From: Protoeuglena noctilucae
Taxonomy: Eukaryota
Reading direction: 5' to 3'
Length of the DNA stretch: 64,000 nucleotides
Assembly (NCBI GenBank): GCA_958009085.1
Contig: OY253672.1
Coordinates: forward strand, 434,001 to 498,000
Every line of letters begins with the position of its first letter. Position 1 is the stretch's first letter. The notes under the pieces are model-generated. The model was given only the letters and a program-made list of their open reading frames with translations. It ran no database searches and was not told where the DNA came from. Position numbers and translations under genes: made by a program. Positions 38,153 through 50,824 of this stretch are shown here, in pieces.

Positions 38153-40360
38153 TCAGCGACGGGAGACTGGCGCAGGACCGCCCCCCAACCGCATTCGCGG
38201 CAGGCGAGGCCCCACGGCGGGCCCAGCAGCCCGCCCGCCCTCTGCAGACCCTGCCGGTGCGACCCCAGTGCGCATGACGGGCCCCGCCTTGTTCACATCT
38301 GCAGTCGGGGTAGCCACCTTGTGTGGCCCCGCAAAGGGGTTCCCCGCAGCGATAGCGCCAGCAGTGGCCGTCTCCGCCATTCCAGGCTCCCTCGACTCCG
38401 CCTGCTGGGCCGGGGCCGACGACACTGGGGCCGGCACCGACGCCGGCACCGCCGCCCTCGCCGCGGGTTCCCTGCCCAGCGCCCGCAGCGCCTCCTTCGC
38501 GGCGCGCGCAGCCCAGGCCAGCGCAGCCCGGACCCGTGCCATCAGGTCGGCGGGCGGGCCGTCCGCGAACCCCGGGGGCGCGGGGAAGCCGAACGAGGCG
38601 CGGCTGGCCTCGACCAGGCACGCGCGCACCCGGCGGGCCGCGGAGAGCAGCGCCCTGGCCTTCTCCTCCGTCAACGGTGCGGCGTCGTGCCCAGGGGCCC
38701 CCGCCTCCACCTCCGCCTCCACCTCCGCCAACGCCGCCGCTTCCCCGGCCCCGCGTCGCCCTAGGGACAGCGCAGCCATGGCCTCGTCCAGTTTGGCCTG
38801 GGCCGCCTCGGCCGCCCTCCTCCGCTGCTCCGCCACCTGCGGCGGCAGCTCCCGCAGCCGGCGGGGCACCCTCAGCGTGCCCGACGGCGTGGACGGCGTG
38901 GAGGGGACCGCGAACGCCGAGGGCGGCGACCCCAGCGCCAGCCACTCCTCCTCGTTCCACTCGTCCATGTCCACGTCCCCTGCCCACCCGAGGTCCACCG
39001 ACGGCGTCCATGAGTGCCCGGTGGACGTCGATCGGAGCGTCTCGGCCCACTCCATGTGCCCCATGAGCTCCTCGAGGAGCGGATTGCTCGCCCCCGACGA
39101 CTCGCCGGTCTCCGGACCCGCCCAGGCGCCCACGGGCACGCTGAGGGCCATTGCCGCACCCTCCAGCCCGTCGCCCACGCCGCGGCCCGACGCGCTGTCC
39201 GACGGCGTAACCCCCGCGGCTCGCTCTGCCCCTCCGCGCACGCTCGTGTCGCCGCTGTCGGTCCGGGCGGAGCCGGCGATGGCTCGGACGGAGCCGTCGC
39301 CGCTCAGGTCGGGTCGGCCGGTGGTTGCCACCGAAGGGGCGGGCGCCTCTGTGGGTGGCTGGTCCGGGGGCAAGACGAGGAAGAGATGGGGTGGCGGTAG
39401 GGGACGGGGCGGTGCAGCCAGGGGGCTGGGTGCGAGATTGAGGGGGGCATGGTGACCCGCGGGCAGGGGCTCCATGACGCCCGCAGGTGCGATGCCCGTG
39501 ACAGCTGCGGGTGCGATGCCTCTCCCAAAGTCCGGGGCTGAGGCCGTCGGGGGGTTGAGGGCCAGAAGTGGGACGCCATTGGGCCTCTTCTTGACGCCGT
39601 GGAGGGTAATGGTTTTGAGACCTGCGGAGCACAGGAGGTGCAGGTGAGCGCATGGGCCAACTTCGTCACCATGCACCGTTAGCTGTGCTTAACAAAGGCC
39701 GCCGCTTCTCACCCAGGGTCAGCAGATCGGACTCGGGGTCCAGGGGCCTGCCGTAGCGCAGGCCGAAGATGTATGGGCGGAGAAGGTCGCTTTCCGTGCT
39801 CTTCTGTCGCGAGAGAGCGACGATCGCGAACGAGATGCGCTGGAAGCCCAGCGGGAGAGCCTGAGCGCTCTCATATGCCGGAAAGGAGCTGTCATATGCC
39901 GAAAAGGAGCTCCAGTCGACCTCCCACTCGTCGGGCGGAACCTCGCTGCAGTGCGCGGTCAGCACACCGCCCGGATCGGGGAACAGGGCCAGATAGCCGT
40001 CTTTGTGGTTTCCCCACACATTCTGTCCCCCGACCTCCAGCCTGTGGATGGGACGGGAGCTCCATCAAGCGCATGGGGGTCGCTAGAGACGGGCGCAAGT
40101 CACATGCGGCCTTTTCCCCTCACCCGTGGCGCGCAAAGACGATCACGGGCGCCACCACGGTCCCGTGGTCGAGCTCCAAGAAAAATAACGGCGAGAGAGC
40201 GGCCCCCTCGCGGCGCAGCGCCTGCGGACCCTCGCAGCGGGTGAAAGTCAGGCGCGCACGGAGCGCGGAGGCTTTGCGCAAGCGCGCCGTCACCGCTGTC
40301 ACATACCTGAGCGAGGTATCTGATGTGCTCCGGGTTGAGGGCGTCCAGCGCCGCTGCCAT
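38153..40360 (-). CDS. Hypothetical protein (multi-exon)
   Basis: A 507-aa ORF (38153-39676), an upstream exon ORF (39666-40019) and a MAAALDALNPEHIRYLAQ|GT first exon. Confidence 0.55.
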
Positions 40361-40675
40361 CGCGGGCAAGAGGCACGCACGGGGAGCTAGAGTCCCCTCA
40401 GCGGAGCCGCTGATCGTTAGGGGTGGTCCGTTCTCGCGCTGGGTCGACAGGGGGACCTTTCTTAGGCTGGTCCAGGCTCGCGGGTTCAAACATCTGACGT
40501 ATCGTGCTCCATGTGCTGCACGGAAGCAACGTGAGTTGAAAGAATCACTCATCAAAGGAATGGGAGGAACGGATCTCATGGCGGGGTACATGGCTCTGAA
40601 TTGCAATGCAGGCCAAGAAATGGTCACACGTGTGCCGGAATAGCCGAGCTGGACGCTCCAGAAGGCAGACAGAGC

Positions 40676-41759
40676 TTAATGTTGCTCCTCGATATCAATG
40701 TCGAGAATGTCACCCAATTCCTCCATGTCGCTGTCCCAGAGCTGCGCCAGAATGCCTTCGTCCGGGGGCACCCAGCCACCCCCCTCCGCCGGGACACCCC
40801 CTGCCCCGCCGGCCTGGGGCTCTCCCGGCGGGGGCAGCTCCAGGGCGATGTCGGGGAACGTGATGCTGCGCAGCCGCGCGTGGTTGCCCTCTGGGGTCAC
40901 GGCGTCAGGCCTCCTGTGAGCTCAGCTCGCTGGCGGGGCGGCGCGCTCACTGAACCGAAGCCAAAGCACACGTCTCAAGTGTCACCTCCGATGAAGATCT
41001 TGGTCACGTCCGCCTCCTCCACGCCCCGAGCGTAGCGCGTCGTGAACGCGCGGCGTAGGACCTCGGGGTCGTCCCGGTTGTCCCGGTGCGGCTTCGAGAA
41101 GGACACGAGAACGAAGCCCACGCCATCGCTCGCGTCGCCGGTCCCATCGGCGACCCGCGTCTGCGTCCAGTCGACGGCGTCGTCCGAAATTCGAGGAGCC
41201 ACGAAATCCGGCGTCTCTCCCGCGAGGGCGGGGCAGACGGCGACTTTGCACGCGCGGTAGGCCACGCGCCGGCCCGAGCGAGCCCACAGAATCCTGCGGG
41301 AGCGCGCGGAGCACACTCATGAGTGCGAAACACATCCGCGAGTAGCACACTGTGCGAAGCACAATCACGCGCGCGAAGCACAATCGCGGCTTGCGTGCCC
41401 GGCGTGGCCGCCACTGGCCAAAGAAGCGCGCGCACTCACAGCGACTGATGGACGACGGTGAAGGGCCCCGGGATGTCGTGGTAGTCGTGCTGGTAGTACA
41501 GCTCTCCCCGCAGCTCCCCGCCATGCTCGCGCAGCAGCTGCGGAGCCAATTGGTTGTTGACGGGACGTTTTATTGGGCATTGAGACAGCGTCGCGATGCC
41601 CCTCGCGACGCGAAAGCGAGTAATCGCCGCTCCGCGATGGCTCGCATCTAGGTCACGCTGGGCCATGCGGCGCCGCGCCGCGATGACCGATTGCGCCGCG
41701 CCACGAACCTTGCAGACAGCATTGATATGGGTAGGACTGCCGCAGAACAGGTCGGCCAT
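40676..41759 (-). CDS. Hypothetical protein
   Basis: Exons MADLFCGSPTHINAVCK, ILWARSGRRVAY..KIFIG and ..ELGDILDIDIEEQH*, separated by GT-AG introns. Confidence 0.5.
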
Positions 41760-41986
41760 TCCCTCTCTCCGCCTCGCGCCACGCACTCCACGACGATGCT
41801 CGGCTGCTAGAGAGCTCGAACGATGGGCTTTCCCTCGCGCTTGCGCTTGCTAGGGTCCACTTTTAACCAAAGACAGGCGCAGGACCCCCGCGGCCGTAAA
41901 TGCGCGTGGCTATGCTGACCTGACAACGGGTCGCAGCGCTTGACAGACCAGGCCCACGACCGCAATTCCTCCGAGAGACGGTGGAA

Positions 41987-43810
41987 TCACGCGACGCCGA
42001 GGATCTCCTTCGGGCCCCAAATAGCCAAAAAGGTCCTTCCGTAGCGGCGGTCCCGGAATTTGACGAGAGGGCCCAGCGTGTCGGGCACGTTCTTCACTTC
42101 GCGGAGCGGGTACTCCACGACGACGAAGGACCCCGCGTGCAGCAGCGGCGACCGGTCCAGCATCTCAAAGAGCTGCGGGACACGGCAGAGTCATGCTACT
42201 AGAGACCCAGAGTCACCGTCTCGCATGCATGGCAGCACTTGGGTGGCTGGATAAAGCCCCCATCCATGCGTCTCTCGCGTCACCTCAGGGTACGAGACCT
42301 TCTCGTATGGGGGGCACGCGCTGATGAAGTCGAACGGGCCGCCCGCGAAGCTCGGGGCGCGCTCCGCCCGCTGCAGGAACTCCTCCGCGCGCCCGTTGTG
42401 GACCACGCAGGCGCCGCCCGACGCGCACGCGTCGATGTTGGGCTGGAGGACCTTCCCTATCACGAAGGGGTCGAGCTCGACGAAGTGGCAGAGCCCGGCG
42501 CCTCGAGAGACGGCCTGCATGCTTGAGGCGGAGCGGTCATCGCCCCAACCGACGCCAAGCAGCGGCAGGGTCTGCAGCGCATGCGCCTGGGTGGCCGCGA
42601 CGCCGCACCTCGAGGCCCACGGACCCAGTCCCCGCGAACAAGTCGAGCCACCTCGTCCGCGCCTCAAACGTGCCGTCGCCGCCCACTTGGCTCAGCAGCA
42701 TGCTGCGGCGGTGCAGCAGCGAGGGTGCGTCTCGCAGCCGCGCTCTCCCCTCGTCTTGCAACCATGGCACCCCTTCTCACCTGAACGTCGCCGCCCGCAC
42801 TTTCTCCATCATGGGCCGCGTGCGTTGGTCCGACGGCGACCACAGCCACGTCCCGGACGCGTCGCCACCGATGATGCGAAGCTTCTTGTGCACCTTGTAC
42901 TGCGAGCGAGGGTGATCCCCCAAGCGTGAGTTCATCCACGGCTCATGTCACCAAGGGCAAGGCACGAAGACGCCGCGTTTCATGTGATGTCCCAAACGCC
43001 CCGCCGCCCTCACCGGGGACCCCTTCTGGCGCCGCTGGACGCGGTCCGCCTCCGCATCCACCCTCGCACGGACCTGCTGCCGCTCCAGTCCCTTCAGCAC
43101 CCCCCGGGGCGCCTGCGCGAGGCTGGCAGCCGCCCTCGTCAACTCCGCGTCCACCTCCGCCCGGTCCAACAGCTCCTCCGACAACAGCGCTCCCAGGGCA
43201 TCCGCGACGTCGCTCTGAGGCGCCACAAGAGAGGGAGCGGCGTCGAGAGGGTGGGCAGCAGTGGGACTGGACGGCAGTCCAGCGCGCATGACCCAAGCGC
43301 GGAGAGGGAAGTCTGTTAACACGGCAAGCGGGGTTCGCTCTCAGCAGTCTCTCGCGCAGGCGCACCTCCAGAGGGCGGTCCTCCATGCCGAAACTGCTGG
43401 AGAGGCCGTCTTCCTCCCCGTCCCATGCAGCCCGGTCCCCTCCCTTACGTCTGGCTCCGCCGGGAGACGTGCGAACCGCCTCCGAGTCGGTCCCATCGGT
43501 TTCCACGTCCATCACGCCCCACCCATCGCCGAAGCCCTGCGGGTTCGCGGCGCAGGGCTCTCGGGCACGTCTTCAAACCTGCCAAGGTGACGTCCAGCGC
43601 GCACGAAGCAAGAAGCACGGCGCGGCGGCTCGCCTCGAGAAGATCGCTCATTGAAGCGTCCGAAGTGAGCCTCGACACCGACGTCGCGTCCGCCGCCCGC
43701 CGGCCATGGTCATGCTCCGCGCCGCTTCCCGACGGCGGCTCTTCTGGGCCCCGCGCGAAGCCCTCGCGCTCGCGCTGCGGCACCAATCCATTGTTATTCT
43801 TCCCCTGCAT
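41987..43810 (-). CDS. rsmD: RsmD-like rRNA m2G methyltransferase (plant plastid type) with a long N-terminal extension; start uncertain
   Basis: LRIIGG..TRPMMEKVRAA, WLDLFAGTGSVGLEA, HFVELD, ISACPPY, VVEYP and RRYGRT. Confidence 0.9.
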
Positions 43811-44226
43811 GAATTCGACGCTAAGTTTGTCGCGACGTCTCGCGCATAGGCGAGCAGGGCCCTGTCAAAGTTTACCCGCAGCCGGGTGGCGGGTCTTCCG
43901 ACGCCCACCTTGGCGCGGGCGGCTTGGCCCCGCGGCGGAACCCGGAACCGAAGGAAAGTGCGCGGCGGGCGAAAGACCGGGCACGCCATTGCTCCCTGGT
44001 GCTAACGAAGAGGGCCTGGGTAGCCTGGCTATCTGCGCTCGGCGCAAGGGCACGTCCCAGCTTGCCAAAGTTCACACGACGCGGCTGTGCTTGAGACGGC
44101 CTTTCTTGCCGCTGCTAGTGAGGAATCTGCCAGGGAGCGAGAACCCTACTGGTAATGTGCTACTTTGCCACACTGTCCTGCGCGATTCTAGCCCCAACAC
44201 GCTCGGCAGCTGCTGACGATTGATCA

Positions 44227-45590
44227 TCAGAACCTGTGCTTGAGGAAGTAGCGCCGGTACGTCGTCGAGAAGTCGGGCTGCCCACCCGCGTCACCGGTCT
44301 GCGCCAGCTGCCGAGTCCTGCCGGGCCGGGACGTCCCGCTGATGAACCCGGACCCATCCCGCGGCCTGCGGGCATCCACGAGCACGCGAGGTTGGCTCAA
44401 CAACCCAGCCAGCCCGTCGACGCCGTGACAGGCGCGAAGTGCGTGCATCTGCGAGGCACCTGTTGATGGACAGCGAGGGTGAGGCGTCGTTGAAGGTCGC
44501 GTGGCTGCCCCAGCACCCGACGACCGCGTTGCGCCGCTTGAGGGTCGAGGACGGGTCCGCGTCGGCGATGTAGGGACCCGCGAGCAACGAGTCCGGCCCC
44601 TGCGGGTGCAGCGCGGGGGCACGGACCTCGCGCGGAGAGCAAAGCACACTCGCGATGCTTACTTTTCGTCTCTGTGAGCTCACAGATACCCAGGCGAAGC
44701 CACCTCAAGGGCATGGATGGCATGGCAAGGCACCGACCTTCCCGAGGGACGTGGTGGGCCGGCTCGGGGCGGCGTGGAGGGAGTTGTTGAGCCCACTGGA
44801 GAAGACGGGGGTGCCGGACCGCGAGTTGGGGTAGTAGCTGCGCATGTAGGTGCTGGAGAAGGTGCGGTCGTGGGGGTCGCGGTTCGGCACGGGGCTCATC
44901 GGGGGCGTGGCGTCCAGGTCGAGCTTCCCCGTAGCGAAGGGAGAGCCCTGCGGATCGAAGCACGGGAGCATCGCGTGTCAGACCTGCCCGGCGTCCAATG
45001 CACGGCCGGCAAGGGCAGTCGGGGACGCACCGAGTAGACGGAGCGGACGCCGCGGCGAGGCGACGGGGGTGGCGAAGGAGAGCCGTGTGTGAGAACGCGG
45101 TTGTACTCCTGGATGCTGCGACGCATCATGTCGAGCTGCTCGGACGTCTGCGCCGGCGGGAATGGGTGACGGGATGGGTGCGGCACAGGGATGTGACGGC
45201 CGGGCAAGGGTGCGAGGAACGCCGCCGCCGATGGCACTCAGGCATGCAATGCGGAGATCGCATCGCTGACCCTTGGGTGGCCGGAAAGCTGACGTTGACC
45301 ACGGAGATGCCAGGGTGGTCCTCTGGGTCCCAAGCTCCCGGTCTGGGGCCTCACCTCGGACAGGAACTGCGTCTCTGGCTGTTTGTCGTGATGTTTGCGG
45401 AACGGCGGCACACGTTGGACGCTCTCTGGGGGCGCAGGAAGGCAAAGGAGTGTGGAGGCGCAATGGAACCTTGTGGCGCACGCGGGAGAGGCGCCGGGAG
45501 GGCCCCGCGCGCTCACCCCCGAGTGCCCATGGCCGGAAGTTGCCATCCTGCTTCCTGGTCGTCCACGGCTTCAGGGCGAGGTCCGCCATG
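44227..45590 (-). CDS. Hypothetical basic protein, candidate axonemal microtubule inner protein
   Basis: Multi-exon gene MADLALKPW..LKHRF* containing FSSTYMRSYY and FSTTYRRYF. Confidence 0.55.
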
Positions 45591-46483
45591 GCTCGCGGCG
45601 CTTGTGATCGATGTTGCAGAGGTCGCAGGCGATCGACGGCGGCTGCCCCTCCTATTGCATGACAAGAATGACATTCCCACGCGCCCAAGGCTCGGCAATG
45701 GCCCTGGATTGTCTGACGCCAGAATCCCGCGACCAGCGATGCGGCCATTTCCCCGCAGAGACTGCCGGTGTTGCTCAGTCTTGTCCCACATTTCCCACCA
45801 CCACCGAGTCCCTGGCTTGTGGCGGGGAGCCTGGCCTCGGGAGGGTTGGCCCGAGCATGCAGCGATGGAGGGCGCAACGATAGGAGAGCCGCGCCGAAGG
45901 GGACGGGTGCTCCTGCTCAACGCCGAGCTCAGGACCACGCAGGGAGCCCCGGCACTGGCCAGGCTGGGAGCGGAGCTGGAATGCGCCGGCTTCGAGGGTG
46001 TGTGGCCCTGCGAACGCAGTCGCTCGGCGCCGGTTAGAGTAGCCCTTTGTCATCTTATGACATGGATAGTCCTGGAGGGAGGGTGCCCACCGCGTCAGGG
46101 CGCGGTCGCCGGCCTGGCGCGACCGATTTCCCCTGGCGAGACCGAGTTCCCCCGCCAAGCCCGCAGTGCTCGCGAGCCCGGACCTGCAGGGCGCGCTGCA
46201 GCTCCTCAAATCCCACGCGCATGCGGAGGAGCGGTTTCGACTGGTCATTGCGTCCCAGGCGCAGCCCAGCACCGTCCGGGCCCTGAGGTGAGCCCGGTGC
46301 GCGTCGATATGGCACTTCTCGCGACCTTTATTCGCGCGTCTCATGATATCGAAATCGTCCTTTGTGCGTTGGGTAGAGCGTTGGACCTTCCCGCGTCCTC
46401 GCAGAGCTGCCTGCGCCTCGTACCCCGTCCCCGTCGTCGTTACGAGCCCGAGCCCCGAGCTGTGCCTCGCCGCTGGCGCGCTC

Positions 46484-49400
46484 ATGGCGTCGGAGGACAT
46501 ATTCGCCATGGACGACTTGCAGCCGCTCCTCGGAACCGAGGCAAATTGCGCACACGGGGCTAGCACGCTTGTTGGCTCCCGTCTCTCGGGGCCTTTTCAC
46601 GCCCGCCCCTCCCTCTCCGATCACAGGCACCGCATCCCTTCGGCGCGGTCGATCCCGCGCATCCATCCCGCTGCGGTCCCGTGACCAGCCTGCTGCGGCG
46701 CTTCATGCGCGTGCAGATCGACAGTGACGACCACGATGTCGCCTCCCGGTGGCCCCGCGCGGAGCCGCGCCCGCTCCTCGACTGGCTCTCCTCACCTGCG
46801 GCCCTCACCTCCGCCCACACGGACGCCGGGGACCCGGTGCGCGGCCGCGGGGACGCAACACGTGGCCTTTCCTGCCATGGTTGCGCACTGCTTGCCGACA
46901 CATCGCGCCTCCCGCCCCCGCAGGCGCCCCGTTCCGGTCTCGACTCCGCCCCGCTGCAGCGCGTGCTTCAGATCTTCTGCCAGGTCCTGGCGATGGTGGA
47001 CGGCGCCCACGCGCAGGGTCACCGCCTCAGCTCCGTGCGCCCCAGCCTCCTTTTGGTCGACGGCCTGGGCCACGTCAGCCTCGCCGCGGCAGCGAGCGGC
47101 GCTGGGCCGGCCGGAGTCGAGGGCGTCTCCTCAGCCACCGGCCTCGGCACCGCAAACGGGACCACGAACCGCGATGGCCCGACCGCCCACGCACGTGGCA
47201 AGGAGGCCTATACGGCACCCGCGCACGCGCGCGCGCCGTCGCTGGAGTCTCGCGAGGCTTCGAGCGGGATCCTGTCGGTCCCGGAGGCGGGAGACGCGGT
47301 AATGGCTGAGGCCTCCGCCATCGTTCCCCAGGGTCCCGGTCTGCAGGGGGTCGTGGTCAATGCCCAGGGCCCCGGCATCGCCATGCGGCCCCCGGCCCTC
47401 CGCGGCGCCAACTCCCGCGACCGAGGGGACGCGCTCTACGCGAGCCCAGAGGAGTCGGCGAGCGGTGCCCCACCGACGCTCGCTTCCGACGTCTTTAGCT
47501 TGGGTATGCTCCTGCTCGACCTGCTGTGGCACGCCGGGCACGCCGGCGGACGCGGCGCTGCCCGCCCGGGCGCCCCGCCCCGCCTGGGCCGCCTGGCGTT
47601 TCTGGCGGAGGCGAGGGACCGGGCGGTGGACCCTTGGGTGCTGGAGGAGCATCCCCGGGAGGCCTCCCTGGCCCTCACCATGCTGCACCCCGTCCCCGAG
47701 AGGCGCCCGGCCACGGCCGACCTCCTCCGCTCCCCCGTTTTGCTGGAGGTGAGTGCTTGGGGTCTGCGGCACACGCCACGCCACGTCGCCTCGCCACCAA
47801 GCATGCGGGCAGTCAACATGACCACCAGTGCATTGCCATTGGCACCTCTTCATTATACCGTGCTGCTGCTCTTACGGCGTTGCTCCCTGACTCGTCCTCA
47901 CGGCGTCGTTTAATCCCTGTACCCCTTCCCTTGATGCAGTCACTGGCATCGCTGTTGGACGGCGTGGCGGGGAAGGGCCTCGGAGACCTGGCCTGCGAGT
48001 TCGAGTCGTTCGCTACCTTCCTCTCCGAGCTCCGGCAGAGGCGCATCGCGGCGCGGCACAGCTGCCGGGCCAGGGTCGGGGCCCTGCGTGCCGACATCCG
48101 CCGCGTGAAAGCCGCCATCGCAGCGCTCAGCGGGGGCGCCCTGCGCACCCCCTCGCGCCCGCGCCTGGTCTCCATGCCCCCCGCGCCGGGCCGCGACGCC
48201 CTCCCCGCCCTCGCGGACGACTGCGAGGGGGCAGAGGGCACCGGGTCAGATGCGATGGGCATCGAGGGAGTCAGCCCGGCTGCATACGAGCCACGGACGT
48301 CGTTTGGGGCGGCGGAGGCGGTGGCAGGGGCGGACGACGACGACGGGCGGTCGGAGAGCAGCCACACGGCCAAGCGACGGCGGTGGGCGGGGCAGCAGGG
48401 GCAGCAGGGGTCGCAGGGGCGGGTGCGGCCGTTGGCGAGGGGCCTGTCGAGCACGGCATTCGCGGAGTGGGCGGATGGGACCGGGGACGAGGGCCCTGCG
48501 CCTTTGCCGGTGGAGGACGAGGTCCGGGCGACGGTGGCGCGGCGGTGGGAGGTGCTAAGGCACGTGGCGGCTCAGCTGGAGGGGACGGTGCTGCCCCGGG
48601 TGCGCGGTGCGGAGGGGGTGGCGGTGGGCGCGAGGGCTAGCGAGGGGAGCGGGGCGGGGCCAGCGCAGGGTTCGGGGGTTGTTTGCAGGAATCACGGGCC
48701 GCGGCAGTCGTGGGCGGCGGGGGAGTGGATGCCTGGGGCGGGTGATGCGGGTGCGGGTGTGGGTGCAGGTGACGCCGACCGTCTGCTGGCGGTGGGGTCG
48801 GATCTGCTGCGCTTCACGGCCACGTCGGGGCTGCGGGTGCGCGCGACCGTCAACCACGGCGACGTGATGGCCATGCACTCGATGGTGTGCTCCATCGCGT
48901 GCGACCGAGGTGAGGGGCGGGGCATGCGCATTACATGTCGTTGACATGTGGTTGTGGTCGTTGGTATACACTGCATATGAGGAACGCGATGCGTGCACTC
49001 GCCCCCTCTGTATAAGATCACGCGCCCCATACATCGCACCCCACCTGCCCACCCACCCACTCACTCACCCACCCGCAGATCACGAGTTCTTCGCCACGGC
49101 TGGCACGAGCCGCCGCGTCAAGATCTTCGACCTTTCCACGGTCCTGGACCCCGGCACCTTCATCCACTACCCCACCGCCGAGCTCGTCTCTCGGTCCAAG
49201 CTCAGCTCCGTCGCTTGGAACGCCTACATCAAGGGGCAGATCGCGAGCGCCAACTACGAGGGCGCCGTGCAGCTCCACAGCGCGGCCACGCAGAGAGAAA
49301 TTGCGATGTTTGAGGAGCATGGCCGGCGCGTGTGGAGCCTGGACTTTTGCGTCCCGGACCCCACGCTGCTCGCTTCCGGATCCGACGACGCCACGGTCAA

Positions 49401-50411
49401 GATATGGTCGATTCGCGAGCCCGCATCCGTCGCCACCCTCAGCCTGGGATCGAACGTGTGCGCCGTGCGTTTCGCCCCAACCAGCGCCCACCTGCTGGCG
49501 GCGGGCACAGCGGGGACAGCGGCCTTTCTGTACGACCTGCGCCACGCGGCGAGGCCTTTGGCGGTGCTGGAGGGGCACCAGCGTGCCGTGTCGTACGTCA
49601 GCTTCACGGGGGCGGGGGAGGTGGTGACAGCGTCGGTCGACAGCACGCTCAAGTGAGGGAGCGGGGGGGGGGGGGGGAGTGGGGTGTTGTTAGTGGGGGG
49701 GTTGGTGGTAGTGGGAGAGGGGGGGTGGAGAGGGTGGTTGATAGGGAGACATGGGTGGTGCCACTGACGTATCATCAGTGTGACCGTGGTCGAGAAATGC
49801 AACCACTTGCTTGACATGTGTATGTCCTACGTGCTCTGCTCGCAGGCTGTGGGACATCTCGGGCCCAGTCCGCGCGTCGGGGGACGGGGCGGAGCACGAA
49901 ACGGCGTCGACGCAGCGGGTGGCGGCACAAAGCACGTACCGGGGCCACGCCAACCGGGGCAACTTCGTCGGCCTGGCCACCACGTCCAATGGACTGCTGT
50001 TCACGGGGTCCGAGGACAACTGCGTGTACAGTGAGTGGCGGTGTTCCACACTGGAGAGGAGATGGGATGTGACGTGTCGTGGGGTTGATGTGCCAGCCAG
50101 TCGCTGTCGATGCTTGCGAGTGGAATCTCTATGATAGCCTTAGCAGCCATACAAAGGCACTGCCATTGATAGCCGACAATGACTGCAAACAGCGTCACTT
50201 CATCTCACGTGCCCCACCCCTCTCATCAATCGCAGCGTACCACAAGGCCATGCCGGTGCCCATCAGCAGGCACGAGATCGCATCTGTGGGTCACGAGGCC
50301 GACGGGCAGCCGGCCAAGGCGTTCGTGTCGGCACTGGCGTGGAGTGAGAGGCGGGAGCTGCTCTTCGCGGCCAACTCGGTGGGGGCAGTGCAGGTCCTGC
50401 AGACGGTGTGA
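46484..50411 (+). CDS. SPA: SPA-family protein (kinase-like, coiled coil and COP1-type WD40)
   Basis: SVRPS, LYASPEE, ASDVFSLG and MLHPVPERRP. WD40 region: DRDHEFFATAG, IHYPTAELVSRSKLSSVAWNAYIKGQIAS, EHGRRVWSLDF and LASGSDD. Confidence 0.9.
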
Positions 50412-50824
50412 GCTAACAACGTTTTGCGCAGATAGTGGACCTGGCATTGCGGATGGTAGCCGCAATGGTACGGCCCCGGGCTTTTGGCGTGCGCTTGCCC
50501 CGCCCCACTCGCCACCACCATTGTGTCGCTCTTTGCCACCCTTTGACTGAGTCTTGTCTTTCCTCGCCGCGAGTTTGAGAGATCACATGCTACTGCCCTG
50601 AGGAGCTCAGCATGGGAGCTTCATCAACACCCCGCATTGTGCTGGGAGAGCGCTGCCATGATGTGCGAGACTGGCGAGCGCTACAAGAGTACATATATTG
50701 GCAACACGACCAACATCGTTGTGTATTGAAAAGAGAGACGACCGTGCCGCAGTCATGTTAACAACAGAAACGATCACGACAGATAGACACACCCGCTCAT
50801 TACACCACCATGACAATCCACGAC

